A DNA stretch of 64,000 bases, from UHGV virus genome UHGV-0171999; one strand, given 5' to 3'. The translations under genes were made by a program, and so were the position numbers. Origin of the DNA: a virus. Of this stretch, positions 61,659 through 64,000 are shown one piece after another (the first letter of the stretch is position 1; every line of letters begins with the position of its first letter). The notes under the pieces are model-generated. The model had not been told where the DNA came from and did no database searches. It was given only the letters and a program-made list of their open reading frames with translations.

Positions 61659-62524
61659 TATTGAGCCACCCCGATTTTCTGCGTAGCGATAACTTTAACT
61701 GCTGCTCTCATACCGACAGTTGAAGAACTTATAGTCGCCGTTACATAATTTTCTTTAATACTAAATGCAATATTAGCGATTTCGTCTTCTTCGGTTTCAT
61801 TCCCAACCCACATGACAGCATATTCAGAAGAAATGACCTCTGAATTAACAGTATCCACAAGAATATTTATTTCTGCTGTTTTAATTTTTCTTCCATCTAC
61901 TGATTGGCACGTAACTAGCAATTTAGCCATATTGTATTCAGTGGGATGAAATAGTGGAATATCAACTGATCCGGATGTAGAAATATTCCATGTACCTTCA
62001 GCTGGTGATTCCTTTTGGCCAAACATACTTTCAATAGAATAATTCCACACCGATGTAGAATTATCAGATGAAATACAACGTAAAGTTACTTTACTATATG
62101 GGCTAGTTACTACTAAATTACCTGAAACACCTTTAATTGAATCAATCGCTTGAATCGTTAAAGGATTAGTAACTGATATAGATCCATTTGAGTTAATAAA
62201 TTCAACGCAATCACCAAGTTCGCCTCTTTCAATGATAACTTTAACACCAACAGTAGAGGTATCAATATCATGCCTAGTGCCAACTTTTACTGGAGTTGCG
62301 TACTCTGCAATAGAGTGTTTTTGATAATATCCAGTAGCATGGATAATTTGGCCATCTGCTCCAGTGCCATTTGCTACTGCCATTTTACGTTGATCGCCAA
62401 ACGCATTATAAATTGCGTTAAAATCACTATTAATTTTATTACCACCGTCGAATAAGATATCACCAGTAGAAGCGTTACCAATTTCGCCGGTATCAATCAA
62501 TTTCTTTGGTTCTTGAATGAACAT
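61658..62524 (-). CDS. 9: gp9 baseplate wedge / long-fibre socket protein
   Basis: 288 aa, same as T4 gp9. Confidence 0.9.
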   Translation of the reverse strand: MFIQEPKKLIDTGEIGNASTGDILFDGGNKINSDFNAIYNAFGDQRKMAVANGTGADGQIIHATGYYQKHSIAEYATPVKVGTRHDIDTSTVGVKVIIERGELGDCVEFINSNGSISVTNPLTIQAIDSIKGVSGNLVVTSPYSKVTLRCISSDNSTSVWNYSIESMFGQKESPAEGTWNISTSGSVDIPLFHPTEYNMAKLLVTCQSVDGRKIKTAEINILVDTVNSEVISSEYAVMWVGNETEEDEIANIAFSIKENYVTATISSSTVGMRAAVKVIATQKIGVAQ

Positions 62525-62548
62525 AGCGGTTTCCTTATGAGTTTATAG

Positions 62549-62556
62549 TATTTATA
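62549..62556 (-). promoter_or_regulatory. Late promoter TATAAATA for gene 9
   Basis: Exact match 24 nt before the gene 9 ATG. Confidence 0.5.
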
Positions 62557-62564
62557 AAGAAAAA

Positions 62565-62582
62565 GGGAGCCCATGGGCTCCC
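62565..62582 (-). terminator. Terminator after gene 8
   Basis: Palindrome GGGAGCC-CATG-GGCTCCC followed by U-rich tract on the minus transcript. Confidence 0.6.
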
Positions 62583-62587
62583 TTAAT

Positions 62588-63592
62588 TTAAAATGTAAAC
62601 AGAATATTGATTTCTTCTGTTTGATCCATTGCCATGATAATAGGTGGCCTATTTTCCATATAAATCATTTCGCCCGAATGCCTCATTAAATCTTCCGGAT
62701 CATAATAATCCTTTTCAGCTTTAACGTTTGGGTCATTTGGATGAGCTTTAGCTTCAAGAGGATTCGTGATTATTGATATTTGTCTAAATCCTTTATTTCC
62801 TGGCAATGCAGCTTCAGGAAAATAAACTGAATCTAAATATGCTTTAAAACGGATAGTATTTGCCTTAACACGGTAAATTAATCCAAAATCATCTTGTTGC
62901 CAAGTGAGGTTATCTTCATACCCCCATCTAGTCGGGTCTTCTTTTAATTCTTCAGGCCAAGGAACCACGATATATTCATTCGTGCATCTATTTATAGATA
63001 CATCAGGCGGAATCTCAAATAGATATTCCCATACATACCCGTCTCCAGGCTCGATTGTTCCTTCCGCGTCTCCTCGACCTTCAGGAGGAGTCATTGATCT
63101 AGCAGAAGGAGTCCATTTTCCACCTAACTTAAGGCATTCATCCTTATTAGTTAAAGACTCAATCGAGCACATTCCGGTATCAGGAACATCTAAACAGCGA
63201 TATACTAACCAGCCTGCGCCTGATTCAGTAGCATTGTAAGGAGCTGAGTTACACACTACAATATCGTTAATTCTAAATGTGTATGGATCCGGATATCTAG
63301 TATCTCCCCAATCTCGACGAGGAATAACTGCATCAAGCATAGATGGAAGAACCTTTACGGTTCCCATCATATGAGTCCACATGTCAGTTACACCTAATAC
63401 GGAATCGGTAGGATAAGGTGGAGCAAAGCCCACCTCATTTTCATTTGATGACCACGGTTCTGATCTTCCAAATGTGATAAAGATAGTGTTTTTATCCGGA
63501 CCACTTCCAATTGAATTATAAAAATTCAACATTTTTTCTGTTCTAAATTTTGAAGTAACTATCGCACGATAGATAACACTTGAGTCATTCAT
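62588..63592 (-). CDS. 8: gp8 baseplate wedge protein
   Basis: 334 aa, same as T4 gp8. Confidence 0.9.
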   Translation of the reverse strand: MNDSSVIYRAIVTSKFRTEKMLNFYNSIGSGPDKNTIFITFGRSEPWSSNENEVGFAPPYPTDSVLGVTDMWTHMMGTVKVLPSMLDAVIPRRDWGDTRYPDPYTFRINDIVVCNSAPYNATESGAGWLVYRCLDVPDTGMCSIESLTNKDECLKLGGKWTPSARSMTPPEGRGDAEGTIEPGDGYVWEYLFEIPPDVSINRCTNEYIVVPWPEELKEDPTRWGYEDNLTWQQDDFGLIYRVKANTIRFKAYLDSVYFPEAALPGNKGFRQISIITNPLEAKAHPNDPNVKAEKDYYDPEDLMRHSGEMIYMENRPPIIMAMDQTEEINILFTF

Positions 63593-64000
63593 CTATTTTA
63601 ACCTGTGTTGGATTTTCAGGGTCTCTTGGATTTCCTATATTATCTTTTAGACGTTTATTAACTAAATCCCTAAATTGTGCAAATGTTGTTCCAGATGCGT
63701 CAAATAGAGGACTCATTAATTTACGTCGTTCAGACGGCAATTGACCTTGAAATATTGAATTGTTATTTTCAGCATTATAGTCATCAGGAAGAGGATATTC
63801 TACACCAGCCATTGGGCCAGGCTCATAAATTGCTTCGCCTGTTACCGAATCATGCTCAATTTCACCGGTTGGAGTTAATTTAGCTACTCTATCAGCATAT
63901 TCAGTAGGCAATCCAGAATCCCATTTATAGTTTTTGTATTTATTAATTATGGTCTCTGTATGTTTAAGAGTTAAACCAACATTAATAAACATAGTTAAAA
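63585..64000 (-). CDS. 7: gp7 baseplate wedge protein, C-terminal part (5' end beyond window)
   Basis: Frame stays open to the window edge; stop overlaps gene 8 start. Confidence 0.8.
   Translation of the reverse strand, partial: LTMFINVGLTLKHTETIINKYKNYKWDSGLPTEYADRVAKLTPTGEIEHDSVTGEAIYEPGPMAGVEYPLPDDYNAENNNSIFQGQLPSERRKLMSPLFDASGTTFAQFRDLVNKRLKDNIGNPRDPENPTQVKIDE

Overview
This window is a T4-like (Tevenvirinae-type) myovirus segment, collinear with the phage T4 map from gene 33 to gene 7. Calls rest on reading the six-frame translations against remembered T4 proteins, exact length matches and synteny; no searches were run. Positions 1-27000 are a plus-strand early/middle block: 33, 59, 32, frd, td, nrdA, an HNH endonuclease, nrdB, denA, rnlA, alc, a spanin pair, pnk, cd, 31, rIII, a run of small ORFs, DNA ligase and two tandem alt genes. 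Positions 27000-64000 are mostly minus-strand late structural genes: baseplate hub 54-48-29-28-27-51, 26/25, uvsY, uvsW, segE, inh, hoc, rnlB, head genes 24-23-22-21-68-67-20, tail 19/18, terminase 17/16, neck 15/14/13, wac, 12, 11, 10, 9, 8 and the 3' end of 7. It is not reference T4: td and nrdB are uninterrupted, a 400-bp ORF-bearing insert sits between frd and td, and an extra HNH endonuclease gene sits between uvsW and uvsW.1. The most notable observations are two intact tandem Alt-type ADP-ribosyltransferase paralogs, an in-frame TAG that cuts pnk 15 codons short of its conserved end, paralogous HNH endonucleases at two loci (one starting on TTG inside the uvsW stop), and a 54-bp promoter-leader repeated 15 kb apart. 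No tRNA, CRISPR array, integrase or transposase was seen.
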